Below, piece after piece: positions 24,797-38,160 of a stretch of 64,000 nucleotides of DNA (position 1 is the stretch's first letter; each line of letters begins with the position of its first letter). Location of the stretch: NCBI GenBank assembly GCA_013265495.1, contig MU058065.1, forward strand, positions 808,001 to 872,000, read 5' to 3'. This DNA is from Vicugna vicugna (Eukaryota). The notes below the pieces were generated by a model. That model did no database searches and had not been told where the DNA came from. It saw only the letters and a list, made by a program, of their open reading frames with translations. Made by a program: the position numbers and the translations under genes.

Positions 24797-25234
24797 TTTG
24801 TAATCAACCAGATGCTCAGTGGTCTCGAAGATAAAACAAAAGGAGGAAGCATTAAAAGGAATTAGACACAAAGAATAAAGAAAGTAAATTTTGGAAAAGT
24901 AGTCTTGATAATAAAATTCATTACAACTGAAGTCATTAGAACTCTCTGTTCAAATTGTTTTTGAGCATTTTGTCTCCACGGAGATTACTCAGAAGAGGGC
25001 CTTCTATAAGAATGGGTGACTCTTTTCCCCAATATTTCAGGTGAAGCCTGATCTTCGAAATGATTCAAAATCGGCTCTAGTGTACGGGATGCTGTTACAT
25101 GTTTTTTCACCAGCACCTGCAAATAGCACAGGAATTGGCAGTTCGATCACTCTCTTAGACCTAGGAAGTCTAAGTAATTTGCTCTGTGCTTCACTGCAAA
25201 TAAATATTCAATTGAGCTACTTTCCTTAAACTGT

Positions 25235-25740
25235 GTTGAGACGGTGACTGGGGCTCAGTCATCTCCAGGGCTCCTTTACTCCCACATGTGGGTCCTAAGC
25301 TTGAATGACTTGCACAGCTCTGAGCTGGAACAGCTGAGGCTCCTTGGACAGAACTTTATCTCTGTGTTGTTTCTCCACGTATTCTCTACAGCATGAATAC
25401 TTCAGGATGATTGAACTTCTTACATGTTGACACAGGACTCATAAAATGCAAGAAGAGAGAGACCCAAAAACTTGATTTGGAGGGGCAGGGCAGAAGCTAA
25501 CGTCTGAGCTCACACAGCATCACTTCTGTAAAGCCCACCCATGTTGTTCATGGGGAGGAAAGCTAGATCCAGTTTCCTGATAGAGGAATGTCAATGTCCT
25601 ATTTTAGGAAAAGCACTTGTTTGAAAATATATTCTGCCATATACCTCATTGGCTGTAACTGATCACATGGCCTCATTCATTGACAAAAAGACTCGAAAGA
25701 AGGACCAGAAATAGAAGTTGAGTCACATTAATACTGACCA
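25235..25740 (-). mobile_element. Old MaLR LTR (MLT1H-K-like)
   Basis: GACTGGGGCTCAGTCATCT, GAACTTCTTACATG and CACAGCATCACTTCTG motifs. Confidence 0.55.
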
Positions 25741-26297
25741 CAGAATCCCCGTCTTCTTTATACTGTATTGAAGTTCTAGCCACATAATGTGTCCTATTGG
25801 CTGGCTTCATGGTGATGAACTTTAACGCTTTGCTTTTGGACTTGTGACTGTAGTCACAATGAGAAGTAGCCAGCTAAGTAAAATACATGTCTGCATTTGC
25901 TATAGAAATATTGCTCAGAATGTTACCCATTACATTAATATGGTCTTTGTAAAACTTCTCCTGAGTCATTTCTTTTAGGTTTAACACCAACAGAAAAATT
26001 CTCTTCACTAAAGAACCTGCAGGCTTTCTCCTTTGTAATAATGAGAGCTATGCCATTTATCATGTTCTTTTTCTTTGCCCTGGATGCCAGGAATTTCAGT
26101 GTCAGTGCTGAAACTTAAACATGGTGTCTATCTTATCATTCACTAAGGTTAGCTTACTAGGCTTTTCTATTTTTCAATACTTCGAATTGTATGTTTGTGT
26201 TTCTTTAGCCTCATTATTACATAACTTGATATAAGCCACTTCAAAGTCTTTTGGAAAGGAATAGCATGTAGATGCATTGAATGCATACATAAGCCTA

Positions 26298-26778
26298 GAT
26301 TGGAATACTACTCAGCAATGAAAAAGAGCAAACACACAGCAACTTGGATGAACATTATGGGCATTATGTTGAACAATAAAAACGAGTCCTCAAAGGTCAC
26401 ATTCTGTATGATTCCATTTATAGCCCATTCTGGAAATACCAAAACTATAGAGGCAAACAACAGATTAGTGATTGTCAGGCATTAGGATGGTTGAAGGAAA
26501 TGAAAAGATTAAACTCAAAAGATGTAACATGAGGGAATCTTTGTGTTGATAGAATAGTCTTGTATCTTGATTGTTGTGGTAACTACACCAATCTAACTGT
26601 GATAAAAGTAACATCAAACTAAACACACAATTCATATTATCACTGATTGCCTGGTTTTCGCATTATGTTATTTTTTTTTAAAGATGTAACAATTGAGGAC
26701 CTGAGGGTGAAAGGTAGATGGGATTCTCTGTACGATCTTTGCATCTTCTTGTGTATCTATGATTATTTCAAAATAAGG
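26298..26778 (+). mobile_element. Ancient L1MC/MD-type 3' end
   Basis: TGGAATACTACTCAGCAATGAAAAAG...GATTCCATTTATA...GGGATTCTCTGTACGATCTTTGCA...ATTATTTCAAAATAA. Confidence 0.8.
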
Positions 26779-26779
26779 A

Positions 26780-26931
26780 TTTGTATCTTTTTTTAGATTC
26801 CACATATAAATAATGTCATATGATACTTGCCTTTTCTAATTTACTTCATTTAATATGATAATCTCTAGGTCCATTCATGTTTCTGTAAACGGCATTTTTC
26901 ATTCTTTTTTATGGCCGAGTAATATTCCATT

Positions 26932-26969
<38 letters not shown>

Positions 26970-27090
26970 ACTATATCTTCTCTATCCGGTCATTTGTTAA
27001 TGGACATTTAGGTTGTTTGTATGTCTTGGCTATTATAAATTGCACTGCTATGAACATTGGGGATCATGTGCCTTTTCAAATTATAATTTT
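26780..27090 (-). mobile_element. Inverted 5' segment of an L1 (ORF2 end)
   Basis: TTTTAGATTCCACATATAA...TCTAGGTCCATTCATG...GGACATTTAGGTTGTTT...GCTATGAACATTGGG is antisense L1 ORF2 end; contains a (CA)n tract. Confidence 0.9.
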
Positions 27091-27420
27091 AAAATGGTGC
27101 AAATTCTATTTACAAACCAAAACAGACTCACGGACATAGAAAACAAACTATAGTTACCAAGGGGAAAGGATGAGGAGGGATAAATTAAGGGTTAGGGATT
27201 AATAGACACACGTTACTCTATATAAAATAGGTAAACAACAAGGACCTACTGTATAGTACAGGGAACTATATTCAATTTCTTATATAACATATAATGGAAA
27301 AGAATCTGAAAAGAAAATATATATATGTGTGTGTGTATATGTGTATAACTAAAACACTTTGCTGTACACATGAAACTAATATTGTAAATCAACTACACTT
27401 CAATAAAATTTTTTAAAAGA
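27091..27420 (+). mobile_element. Non-inverted 3'UTR segment of the same L1
   Basis: ACAGACTCACGGACATAGAAAACAAACT...AAGGACCTACTGTATAGTACAGGGAACTATATTC...AACTACACTTCAATAAAA. Confidence 0.9.
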
Positions 27421-27449
27421 ATTGATAAATTAAATGACCAAAAAATAAG

Positions 27450-27540
27450 AAAGTGTAAAAAGTCACCAACTGGTGCATTTCACATAGGAATTTAATTGTA
27501 TATAAATTATATCTCAAATAACGTTGATTACCAAAAAAAA
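27450..27540 (+). mobile_element. Ancient L1M terminal fragment
   Basis: TTTAATTGTATATAAATTATATCTCAAATAA followed by an A run. Confidence 0.55.
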
Positions 27541-28384
27541 GCATCATTGTCATTAACTCCTCAATAGTGAATAAGCGTATTGGAGTGATCCTAGATTTGA
27601 GCTCCCTGAGAAAATAACAATCTCCTGGAAAGAAATAACCTGCCATTTGGTTGGTCAAACCGTCTCAGGAAAAGACCTAAGAATGTTCACCCTCAGCCCA
27701 CTTGTATAAATGAATAGTGCTGACAGAATAGAGTGGAAGCAGGCAGTCTGAATCGGAGGGGGTTTATCATCAGGGTACAGAGCGATGGAAGTGCAAATAA
27801 GCAGAAAGAAAAGCTCTCAGAATGAAAACAAAATGTTTCATCTGCCCAGCCAGCAACACCAAGGCTAGAAGCCAAGCAGAAATGTGGGCAGACACAGGTC
27901 ATCGAGACCCACAGACCATGCGTGCACAGACACCTCCGAAATAAGAGAGGGGATGTGGGAAATCATGCCCCAGTCTTCATCCCCAACATCTTTGGTGGTC
28001 CCAGGGTGCGAGAGCAGAGAATGGGGAAGATCAGGCGAAGTCTGCCACTTACCTGGTTCCCAGGCTTGGGGCGGGGGGTTGCTCATAACCAGGGCTTTCC
28101 CTACCTTGGCCATCAAGTCAGCCACACGAAGAGACAATATTAACATGTGATTTTTAAGCTACTCCTAACCCCTTCTTCAGATCACTGACTGTCAACAGGC
28201 TTTTACAGAAATTACCTGGAACTCTTAAGGGCCAAGGCTGTACCAGCTGCTTTGGTGGGACTGAATCACTGGCTTCTGAGCAGCAGTGAAATGATTCTTC
28301 CAGAAATCGCTCAGCTAGCAGAAATGAAAATCTATTGGCTTGATTTGATTTCTAAAGATCAGGCTTCCAACACAGAAACATGTA

Positions 28385-28523
28385 GCGCTGGGTTTCTCAA
28401 TCCCAGGGATTCCCATTAATAAACAGAGATCTCAAGAGGCAAGGCCTGGCAATGTGCATTTTAGCAGGCACCAGGGTACCGCTTCTGTTGGGACTCATTG
28501 GTAGAGTGTGGTTGAAAGCAGTG
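28385..28523. mobile_element. MER5-like DNA transposon remnant
   Basis: GGTTTCTCAA...GGCCTGGCAATGTGCATTTTAGCAGGCACCAGGGT...GGTTGAAAGCAGTG. Confidence 0.5.
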
Positions 28524-30689
28524 CATTGATCAAAACCTTTCTTTTTTTCTCCGACAATGTTTTATCGTCCTCTGCATAAAGTTGCAGATGTCTGGTAGAA
28601 CAAACCAGACAGATTTTCCTCCCCCTCCCGCCCTGACACTGCGGAGCCCCAGATCAGAAATAACAGGAGAGACGTGGAGGAGAGGAGGGGGAGTAGCAGG
28701 AGCCTGGTGCTTCCACCCACGGAGTAACTGGCCCCTGCGTAACACAGCACCACTAGATTCTGAAAGATCTTTGAAGTGCGCAGGGCTCAAAAGAAACGAA
28801 TAATGTAATTCTAGAAGTCCACACTTGTTTCCTTAGCTACATAACACAGCACAAACAATTTGGTTGCAATTTCAAGGCCGTGGTTTCACAGTTATTTGAT
28901 TAAACTACGATGCCTTTTCATAAGAAGGAGATGGACTGATAGCACTTCAAAGTTTTCTCAAGTGCCACAATTGAAAATTATAACTTAGCCTGCTCATAAT
29001 GATATTTTTAGCCAATTCCTCCTACTTATAAATATATTTCCATATATTATTCCCATAACATTTTTCTCCTGATCACAGAGGCTTCTTTTTCAATGAAGTC
29101 AATACACAGCACTTCTGAGACAAAAAAAAAAAAAGAAAGAAAGAAAAAAAGAAAAGAAACGAGGATAACATTTAGCTGTTGAGAAACATGTACTGTCAGC
29201 AAAGGTGGTGCCTCTAAGATATTGACAAGAAATCCTTCCACATACCATGGGCTTTCCTTAAATTTTATCATTCTTCCCAAACCTCAGGACCTTCAATTAG
29301 GTGACCTAAGCTTGGGGGCAAAAGGGAAAGGGATCCAACTGGGAGATTCAAAGCAAGCAGGCAAGAAAACTGGGAAACGCTGATGAATCACTGTGTATTC
29401 TGAAAGAGTGAGGTCATGCATTTTTTCCCATGAATAGTTATCTCCCTTTTTACTATGGGCTACATCATCCATTTTATTTGGGATTATTTTGTTTGGGTGT
29501 CAGGGCTGTTTGTTCCTGTGACCACCCTCCCCCCATAGAAACCAACATTTTATCTACAAACACAAGACACTGTATCCTTTGAAACAGGTAGACCCAGTGC
29601 TGCTCAGCTGTTCCCCTTGACCTTAAGAGAACTTTTATTTTTCTCTCTACTTCTCAGCCCAGATTCTATTTTCATGCCAATGTGACATTGGGGCCTTTCT
29701 TATGAAGAGCTGGCCAGTTGTGCTTAACTCATCAAATTGTGCCAAAACATTTGACATATGTTTAATATACGTTACGCTGACCTGCAAGGAAGTACTTTCC
29801 ACCAAATACGTTGCTCCTGACAGAGCAGGCAACTTGATCTAAGCCAGATTATGTATAAAAGTGTGTGTGTGTTTTGAAATTAAAAAACATTAATGAAGTA
29901 GAAATCTCTATCCAGTTTCTTCATTTTCAACTTTAGATTTAAAATAGAGGCAAAGCCAAACAAAGTGATATAATAAAAATTAGTAGTTGTTCTATTATCA
30001 GCAAGTCTGTTTGGTACTTTTTAAAAAATTACAGAACACTTAGATTTTTTTTCTCTATTTTAATTTGGGAACAATAAAGGTACAAAGAGGAACAAAATAA
30101 ATAAAATGAACATGATCATAATTATCTGTTCCTGAAGAGAAATTCAGATCATGGATTCTGTTTATATTAGTTAGATGTTAATATTATTAAGCTCACATAA
30201 CAATATAGTGTATAGTATTGTTTCATTTTGTTTCTTCAAGGGGTACACTTCTAGTGTTATAACAAAGTATTTGTTATAATTCTATGACCTAAAATGAACC
30301 AGATCAAAATATTGTGATGAAGATTGTACATAAATATAGTTTTTCTTCCTTTATGCTTTTATTCAATCGATTTTGAAGGAGCTACTATATGCTAGGCAGA
30401 GTCTGAGAAACACCTCCATCATCATCAAATGATTCTAAAGGTAATATTTTTCACTAAGGTTTGAGAAAAGACTATCATCCCTGGGATATACATGTTCTAC
30501 AGAAATATTCTACAGAAATCAGTGGTTAAAATGTTCATTTGAATTTTGAAATATGCTTTCAAAATAAAATAGAAATTAATAGAGTTCTCTATCGTGAAAG
30601 TAATTTTTCAATGTTAAACTAAAAAGCTCATCAAGACCTAATTGTAATAACTCCTAATTACCATATCATTCTGGATGTCCTCCACGTTC

Positions 30690-31182
30690 TTGTGCGGGTC
30701 CACGTGCTGGTCTTTTCTACTCTGTCCTACCCTGCAGAAGGTTGACCTCTATGGACACCATCATGGAGCTACCTTGCCCTCTGGCTTGAGTCGAGCCAGA
30801 GAGAAGCACCTGTAGTGGACTGAGCTGGAAGCGGAGAATGTGGCTAGGGTGTCAATGTCACTGTAGTTCTCCTTCCCAGGTGGCCACGGGTTGGCTGTGT
30901 CACTCTGCCAAAGGCCACAGTGCTTCCCAGGTAGTCCTAGCCATGTCTGTTCCCCATGTCCTGGTCTTCCTTCTCCATGTCCCAGTAAAACCCATCCCTC
31001 TACTGCAGGTGAAGGAGTGGTCGCAGCGTCCTAGAACTCCTAGCCTCACGTGGACTGATCCCTCCTTTATTGGTTTCTCTAAACCCTGCTCACATCACTT
31101 GCAATGAACATCTTTAATACAAACTCATCAATTATGTCATTTGAAAGAGCCATCTATTTCTGTCAGAACCCTAACATGGCAC
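30690..31182 (+). mobile_element. ERVL solo LTR, LTR33-like
   Basis: GGTTGACCTCTATGGAC...CCTTGCCCTCTGGCTT, CCAAAGGCCACAG and terminal GCCATCTATTTCTGTCAGAACCCTAACATGGCACA resemble LTR33. Confidence 0.7.
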
Positions 31183-32534
31183 ATGTATGAAGTATTAGAA
31201 TTAAGTCGAAGCAGCCTTCTTACAGAGTTTCAAAAACAAATCACAAACTTTGTATCAGCTCTGATGTATTTTTTCCATATTCTCAAAAACGTATATATAT
31301 TCATCAAAACCTACCTGCATTTATAGATAAGACAATTAATGTTCTAAAAAATATATTTGCTATTGTTAGCATCATTATAACAGTTTTAAAAAGAAGATTT
31401 GGTTGCTTTGGTTAAAGAAAAAGTGAAATGCCTATTGATTAGAGTTTTAAAAGCAGTGAAAACCAACTAGGTCCAAAATACATAATTTAATTGGACCTAC
31501 CAGTCTTTCAGGCAGTTCATGAGTCATCTTCATGTGGAGGGCAAGAAGTGTTCTTCTCAGCAACACAATCCAAGCACCTAGTTGGACTTGGCCCATGGTA
31601 GATTTTCAGTAAATCTTCCTGTTGAATTTATAAAGAAATCAAAGTTCAGTTCACTTTCTGACTAACTGAAAAGGGGACTCTAAAAGTTTAAAGTCTGATA
31701 ACTACTTTCCGTGCTATAATGCTTCTTTTGAAATTAAATTATTTCTATCTATGATAGAAATGTGTATATCTATAATTATTATTACATTAGTAATAACAGA
31801 CAAAAATTTAGTTGAGGTGTTACAATTAGGGGATTAGATTTAAACACCCTACTTTAATTTCTGGAAGAGAGTAACAGGATCTTATACCTGAAAGACAGGG
31901 GGTTGGCTGAACCTCCTCAGTTCTCAGCATCGGCCCAGGCTGGCAGAGCCCTGGCTGGCTTCCTAAGGATTTGAAGGCTGACTGATTCCCAGTGAGCAGT
32001 TATCTAGCAAGTTGGGAGTTTCAAAATGAAGCAGCGCTAAGACAGAAGATCCAAGAAATACCACCATTCAGAGCTATGAGGAAGACTCACCTTTCTTGCT
32101 GTGCATTCTATTTCTCTTCTTCTTCCTCCTCCTTTTGTATCTCTCTAATCTCTCTGTCTTTTTTCACCAGCTTTTTCCCACTTCTCATGCTGGCTTCCCA
32201 GCAGTAACTCGTCGGAGCCATACCATCCTCCCCGGGATGACGCTGACTGTATCAACTCCTTTAACTGGAAAGCTGACAAATAGATTTCAGTTTATTTCGA
32301 CAAACTTTTGTTGGAGGCCAAACAATGTTCTTAGGAAGAAGTTACAGTTGCTGACCTCAGTGACCTAAAGATCTGGACAGAGGTTCGTGTTAGAGGAGGG
32401 AAGCGAGAGGATGTGACTTCTGGTTGACCCGAGAGCAGGACCCATACACTAGGGGTCTCCTTACCTCCTCCCTCTCCGTAGAGTACACGTCCCTCCTATT
32501 GTTTCCATACCAATAGTCATTTCAAAGACTTAGC

Positions 32535-32816
32535 CTTGAGGGAGCAAGGTGGTGTTGAGACCATCTGGAGTGAATACACGACTGAACCCAGTTAAGTCCT
32601 CTACATAGACTTTTAAGATTCTGCCAGGCAGGTGCAAAGATGTACTCCTGTCGCAAATGCCCAAGACGAGCCTCATAAGTAGGTTTCCTTGCTTCTTAAA
32701 ACTACCACCTACCAATCTGGAGTGTTCCGCCTCTTTCCTGGGTCTCTCCTTGCCCTCCAGGTATGGAAGCCAGGTTTGCCTTTCAGCCAGGGAACTACTG
32801 AGGTTAGAAACCAACA
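32535..32816 (+). mobile_element. ERV-type LTR 3' portion (family not assigned)
   Basis: U3/R/U5-like layout with degraded TATA-like (CTACATAGA) and polyA-like (CTTAAA) positions, ending ...CCAACA; resembles LTRs I recall from laurasiatherian genomes. Confidence 0.55.
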
Positions 32817-34869
32817 GCTACAGGTAAGTAAACAAATTATGGTCCTTCAATTTCCACAGGTAGAGACAGATTTGGTCATGTCTACCTGAGGGAACCAGAA
32901 TGGGCATCAGGAAGTAGATAATATTTGAATTGAACAATAATTTACCATGATAGGTAAATATCAGAAGAGATCTTAGATTTGCTTTATAATTATTAGAAGA
33001 AAAAAGGCTGGAAAAGGAGGCTAGAACTAGCCTCAGGAGAGCCTTGTATGACAGAACCCAAACGTTCACTGATAATTAGGTAGTTTATGATAATGCTTTA
33101 AAAATGCTTTTAAATATGAAAGTGACATATTTGTAAATGTAATGTCTATGATCAAACTGAGCTGAATCAACGGAAAAATAAGTTAATTTATCAAAATGAA
33201 ACAGAGTAGATGGAACATGAGGCACACGGAGGTTTTTTTTTTCTCTCTCTCGTTTTTTTTTTTTTTTTTGGTTCTGCTAAAGTGAGTAGTTAGGCCAAGT
33301 ATTTTGTGACCCATACATTTTACTAGCTTTATTGGCATCCAATTTGAATCCAAATCAAAATGATCAGCAGAAGTCGTTCTGAATTGTTTTTTAGATCTGC
33401 AGGGCTCCAAATAAAATACAGCAAACAAAAGAAAGTTAAGACACAGAAATTGAAGCATAGTAAAATGAAAATCGATGAGAAAGGAAACATTTCTTTAGTA
33501 AATGGGCAAGAAAATAATCAGTTTGTGTTTACATTCACTAATTTTTTTTTTAGCAAAAAGATATTGATAATCTGCTCTTGCTTGCCTGTTTTAGAGACAG
33601 GAATAGAATCCTCCCCCTACCCTTCACCTTAGAAAAATCTAGATTTTGTGGTAGAAGCCCAAGGGATTATGTTCTGTTGAACTTTGAAGTAGTTTAAATA
33701 TCATCTGAAATGTAATATTAGTTCTAAACTATTTCAGGTCATCTGTCTTTTTCACATTTCCCTTAAAAAATGAAATATTTTCATAGTATTTGCATATGTG
33801 GTATATATTAATCCATATAACATATGGTACCAGGAACACATTTTTACTAATTGTAATATCTGCAAGAGAATTATTTCTCATTTATTTACATTAAAGAATC
33901 TTCATAAATAAACTCCCTTTTTTTTCCCCCCATTGCCAAAATGTTTATCTCAAGAAAACTGTTCACATGTAGAATCAATTCTTCTGGGCTAAGATCATCA
34001 TTACTTTTCTATAAGTCATATTCTTAAGGCATATTAATTTGTTGGATTCCATACCTCACCTACTGGGATATATGTGGTATGAATTATTTTAGAAGTGGAA
34101 AAAAAAAAAGCTGTTAAGATGAGCTGATGAATATTGTCTTAAATATCACTTTCCCAACATCAAGGGTTACACCTGGAAACTGTTTATCATAGCCAAAAAG
34201 GCAGGGCCTCTCTGGGATGTGGCTCATCAGAATGACTAATACAAAGTCATTTTTCTCATAAATCTGCCTATTCTCCCACCATCTGTTATTTGCATTTTTC
34301 CAAAAAGTTAAAAAAATACTGATGGAATGTTTTGACCCAACTGCAGTTAAATTCACATGGTTTACTCTTTTAGTTCCCAAGATGACATTTCAGCCAAGCC
34401 TACAGTGAGATATTGCATCAGAATATCTTCTACAATGGGAACTCCAGGTGAGACATCTAGAGGCAAAAGTGGGAACTGCTGAAGATTAGTAGTATTTTGT
34501 GTGTTGATTAAAAAAAAAAGTCAAGTTAAAAAAATCTTAGCAGTCTGTGTATGCATCACTGAATATCAACTCAAAAATCATCACATGCTTTAATTTCCAG
34601 CATGCCAGACCTGTGAGTTTAACAGTTTTCTTGGATTTGCAATGCATCGCTAGAGTGATTTGTGTGGTTTTTATACTGTCAACACCAAAGAAGATGCATA
34701 TTTCTGATTCAATGAAAATATGTACCTCTAAATTACACTTTGCCCATTGTGTCTGGATAGATCCATAGACATTTGTCTTGGACAACTGCAAGAGAATGCT
34801 TGCTCAAAGCTATAAATCTGGATAATGTTTTATTCAAGCCAAAAGGCAGACCTAAGAAAATGAATACTA

Positions 34870-35050
34870 TTCATCTCATTATGTATAAGGCACTCTGCTA
34901 GGTGTAAGTATACAGTGATGAAAAGGCAGAGATAGTCCCTGCCCTCATGGAGTTTACAGAGTAATGTAGAGACACAGAGATTTTAAAAAGCAACAATAAA
35001 AGGATGTATAATTACAAATTAGAGTAGGTGCTATAAAGGAAAGCAAGGTA
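34870..35050 (-). mobile_element. L2 3' fragment
   Basis: AGGCACTCTGCTAGGTG...AGTCCCTGCCCTCATGGAGTTTACAG. Confidence 0.7.
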
Positions 35051-35059
35051 TGAATTCAT

Positions 35060-35230
35060 GGAACCATAGATATTCATTGACAGAGGTGATTTTGAAGTCA
35101 TCTAATGATCAAACACATTATTTCTGAGTTAAAGAGTATAAGGCTTAATGAGATAACCTCACAGAGCTAGTGTGTGGCATGTTTCAGATTAGACACAGGG
35201 CAAGTTTAAGTTTAAATCTGTTAATTTTAC
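35060..35230 (-). mobile_element. MIR fragment
   Basis: GAAGTCATCTAATG...CTCACAGAGCTAGTGTGTGGCA...GATTAGACACAGG. Confidence 0.45.
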
Positions 35231-35379
35231 CCAACTAAAATAATATTACATCAAATTAAAATAATTTGCCTAGCTTTGCTGGGGAGCAAGAAGGTTAGAA
35301 AAAAGCAGTAGAAGAAAAGGCTCTTCTTGGTTTACAAATGCCAAAAGAAAAGTGCAGTTGGTGATTCTTTTTCGGAAGT

Positions 35380-35740
35380 TGTATCTGTCAGGCTAAGTGA
35401 AGTCATAGTGTGATAACAAGCAATCCTAAAATTTTAATATATTATGACAGGAAAGACCTATTCCTCTCTCATTTTCTGTGTCCTTCATGCATTGCCTATG
35501 GCTCTGCTCCAGTTCATCTTTACTTCTGGAAACCAGGCTGAAAAGCCTTCCAGCTGAAGCATCACTGGTTGTGATGGCAGAAGGAAAAACAAATTTGCTG
35601 AACCCTCTGCTGGCTCTTGAAGCTTCTGCTCAAAAGAGTTGCATGTTCTCCCAAAGTGAGTTCAGGGTTTCATCTGAATATATTCCCCCTGCTGGAAGGA
35701 CCACCACTTATGGGCTAGTGATGAATACAACCCACCACAT
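35380..35740 (-). mobile_element. Old MaLR LTR (MLT1K/L-like)
   Basis: TGTATCTGTCAGGCTAAG...ATAACAAGCAATCCTAAAAT and TGGCTCTTGAAGCTTCTGCTC. Confidence 0.55.
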
Positions 35741-35829
35741 ACATGGATTACATGTTTTTCATATGAAGACTCTAAGGGATGCAATTCTTAGTGAAGGACC
35801 CTGATAGCTTGTCTGGATTCATTCTTGAC

Positions 35830-36395
35830 TTAACAGTTCTGTACTACCTCAGCATGTATCTACTTTCTCCTAGTAATATCTCACTTCTTTTTCTGTGGGG
35901 GACTCTCCACCTCTACTCTCAGCCTATGGAACCTGAGTTCCCACCTCCATTGTTAAGAGTGAAATATACCTTATATATCAGATCTAAGTCAGTCATTGCT
36001 TCATATGGTCCTGGCCGCAATGATGGGGACTTAATCTACCTCTGGTCTAATTAAGACAATGCTCCCTGCTTCCGTGAGAGGCACAAGTGGATGGTTATGG
36101 AAGGGAGCGTGTATTCCCTCCTGGACTTGGACCTCAAAGAATGTGAGTCAGAAGCTGCTGCAGTCATGTTGTTCATACTCAGAGCTTGAGAGTGAAGCCC
36201 AGCACGGGGAGGGTGGGTACACTGATCTATGCAGAAAATAAAGTCCTTTGTGACATTATCTGAGCTCCTGAATGAAGTTCTTCATGGAGACAGTCCTCCC
36301 CTTGGGTATTCCATTTGCTGAGATAATTCTGTTCTTGTCATTACACTCAATTTGTTAGGGCTTTCAACACTTGCAACTGGAAATACGTAATAAAT
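35830..36395 (+). mobile_element. Old MaLR LTR (MLT1J-like)
   Basis: TCTCCTAGTAATATC...CTCTCAGCCTATGG, GCTGCTGCAGTCATGTT and CTTTCAACACTTGCAACTG. Confidence 0.55.
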
Positions 36396-37614
36396 ATTTT
36401 GAGCAACTTACTCTGAATCTATGTGTCAGTCTCTGTTTTTTTTTAAGGAAACAATTGGATTAGATGGTCTCCAGACATAGCACTATGATTCCACAATCTA
36501 AGACACATGACTAAGGCTCTAGTACAAAAGCACTGATGTTTATACCCACTTGGGATTGGATTTCCAGCACTTGTCTTAGTGTTGGTGACCAGAATTCCTC
36601 TTTTCCTTGGAGTTACAACTTTATTCTATGACAAAGACACTCTACAATCACCCTTTTGGAACTCACAAAGTACGTATGCTAATACAGCTTCAATTGCATT
36701 TGAACCATCATTTTAAAAGGTCCCAGAGCCCAGGCCCTTCAAATGCCACCTCTTCCCCTGGTAGAGCTCCACATGGCGGCCAGACTGTCATCTCTCAACA
36801 GCATTTCTGCCGCAACTCGGGTAACTTTCCAGTTTCCCATTTTGTGGTTTCAATCAGCAAGGATCCAAATCCTTCCTGGTATTTTTCACCATTGTCTTTT
36901 TGCTTCAGGTACCAAAGGAGTGATCTGCTTGCCTCTTATCTTTATGTAAAATTCACTCTTCCTGTCTGGTCTCATTCTGAAGAAGCTGAGAACATGTGAG
37001 AAGTCTAAAGCATTTCTTACTCATTTTAATTCCAAACTGGGACTCAGCATGACTCCAGATGGGCCCACCAGATCACGCTGAAATCTTCAGAGTAGCTTCA
37101 GTCTTCGTGAAGTCATGTCAAGGGCCTCTGAATCCTTAAAAACATAGGATCGTGAACAAAGAAACAAACAAGGCTGCTAGAGCCTTGATCATTCTAAACA
37201 TCCAATAGATTTTGGAATGATCAGAAATTGACCCAATAAAAGCTTTAAAAAAATTTTTTTGGCTCCTAAGATTCCTAAAAAATCATTCTATGATCTGTTT
37301 CCAAGCATATTTTGCCAAAACCTCACTTTCAACTTCATAATAAAACAATTTGCAATTGGAAGAGGAAAGTTTTCATAACTCTCTAGGGGGAAATTCGATT
37401 TGGGAATTCTGAGATTGCGTAGGGGGAAAGCTAGGCCATCCTGTTCGTGTTTTTTTGGTTTTTTTTCCCCCAATCTAAATCATAATGACCTATTTATGGG
37501 TCCATAAAAATGTTTTGAATTTGTAATAAAAGACTTCAAATTACAAGTAGTGGTGTTTGCAACTACATGAAGAAACACTAAAGCTTTGTAACAGGTTACA
37601 CAGCAAACCTGGTA

Positions 37615-37830
37615 ATAATTCAATACTTGATACTCAGCTCTTCATGCATGCAAAGCACTGTGCTAAACATGACAGGGACTCGGAGACAGACGAAATCCCG
37701 CCTCTGCACTCTGAGTCGGCATTGTCTCAGGCGCAAAGGCAGGCACAGGTATGTATGGATAGACTTTGGGGTGGGATAGGTCCCACGTGGTCAGGGAAGG
37801 AGGTCAGGAAATATTTTCTGGGGAGGGGGG
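37615..37830 (-). mobile_element. L2 fragment
   Basis: GCAAAGCACTGTGCTAAAC...GGTCAGGGAAGGAGGTCAGGAAAT. Confidence 0.5.
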
Positions 37831-37889
37831 GATGGTGGGGTGGGAAACTGAAGCAGATTTTGCAAAGTTTGAAGCCACAAAGTTCACCA

Positions 37890-38160
37890 TGACAATGATG
37901 GTAATGTTGCGTAGCACAGAAACAGCTGAAATGATGAGGAATGCTTGTTAAGGTATTACTCATTGATTCTACTAATATTCTTTTGAAGATCTTGGATTTA
38001 ATCCTCTCAGTGACATCAAGAGAAGGTAGTCTCCTCATTCGAGAGAGAAACAAGCTGCAGCCTAGGGCGTTTCAATGGTTTCCCTGTAGCCACAGACACC
38101 TGACAGTGGACGGGTCAGAAATTGAACCCAGAGCTGCCCCACTCCGGAGCCTGAGCATCC
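37890..38160 (-). mobile_element. MIR
   Basis: TTTAATCCTCTCAG...GCCACAGACACCTGACAGTGG...GAAATTGAACCCAGAGCTG...CTCCGGAGCC. Confidence 0.6.

Noticed and set aside
26300..26485. ORF beginning MEYYSAMKK
   Set aside because: Degraded L1 ORF2 terminus running into the 3'UTR.
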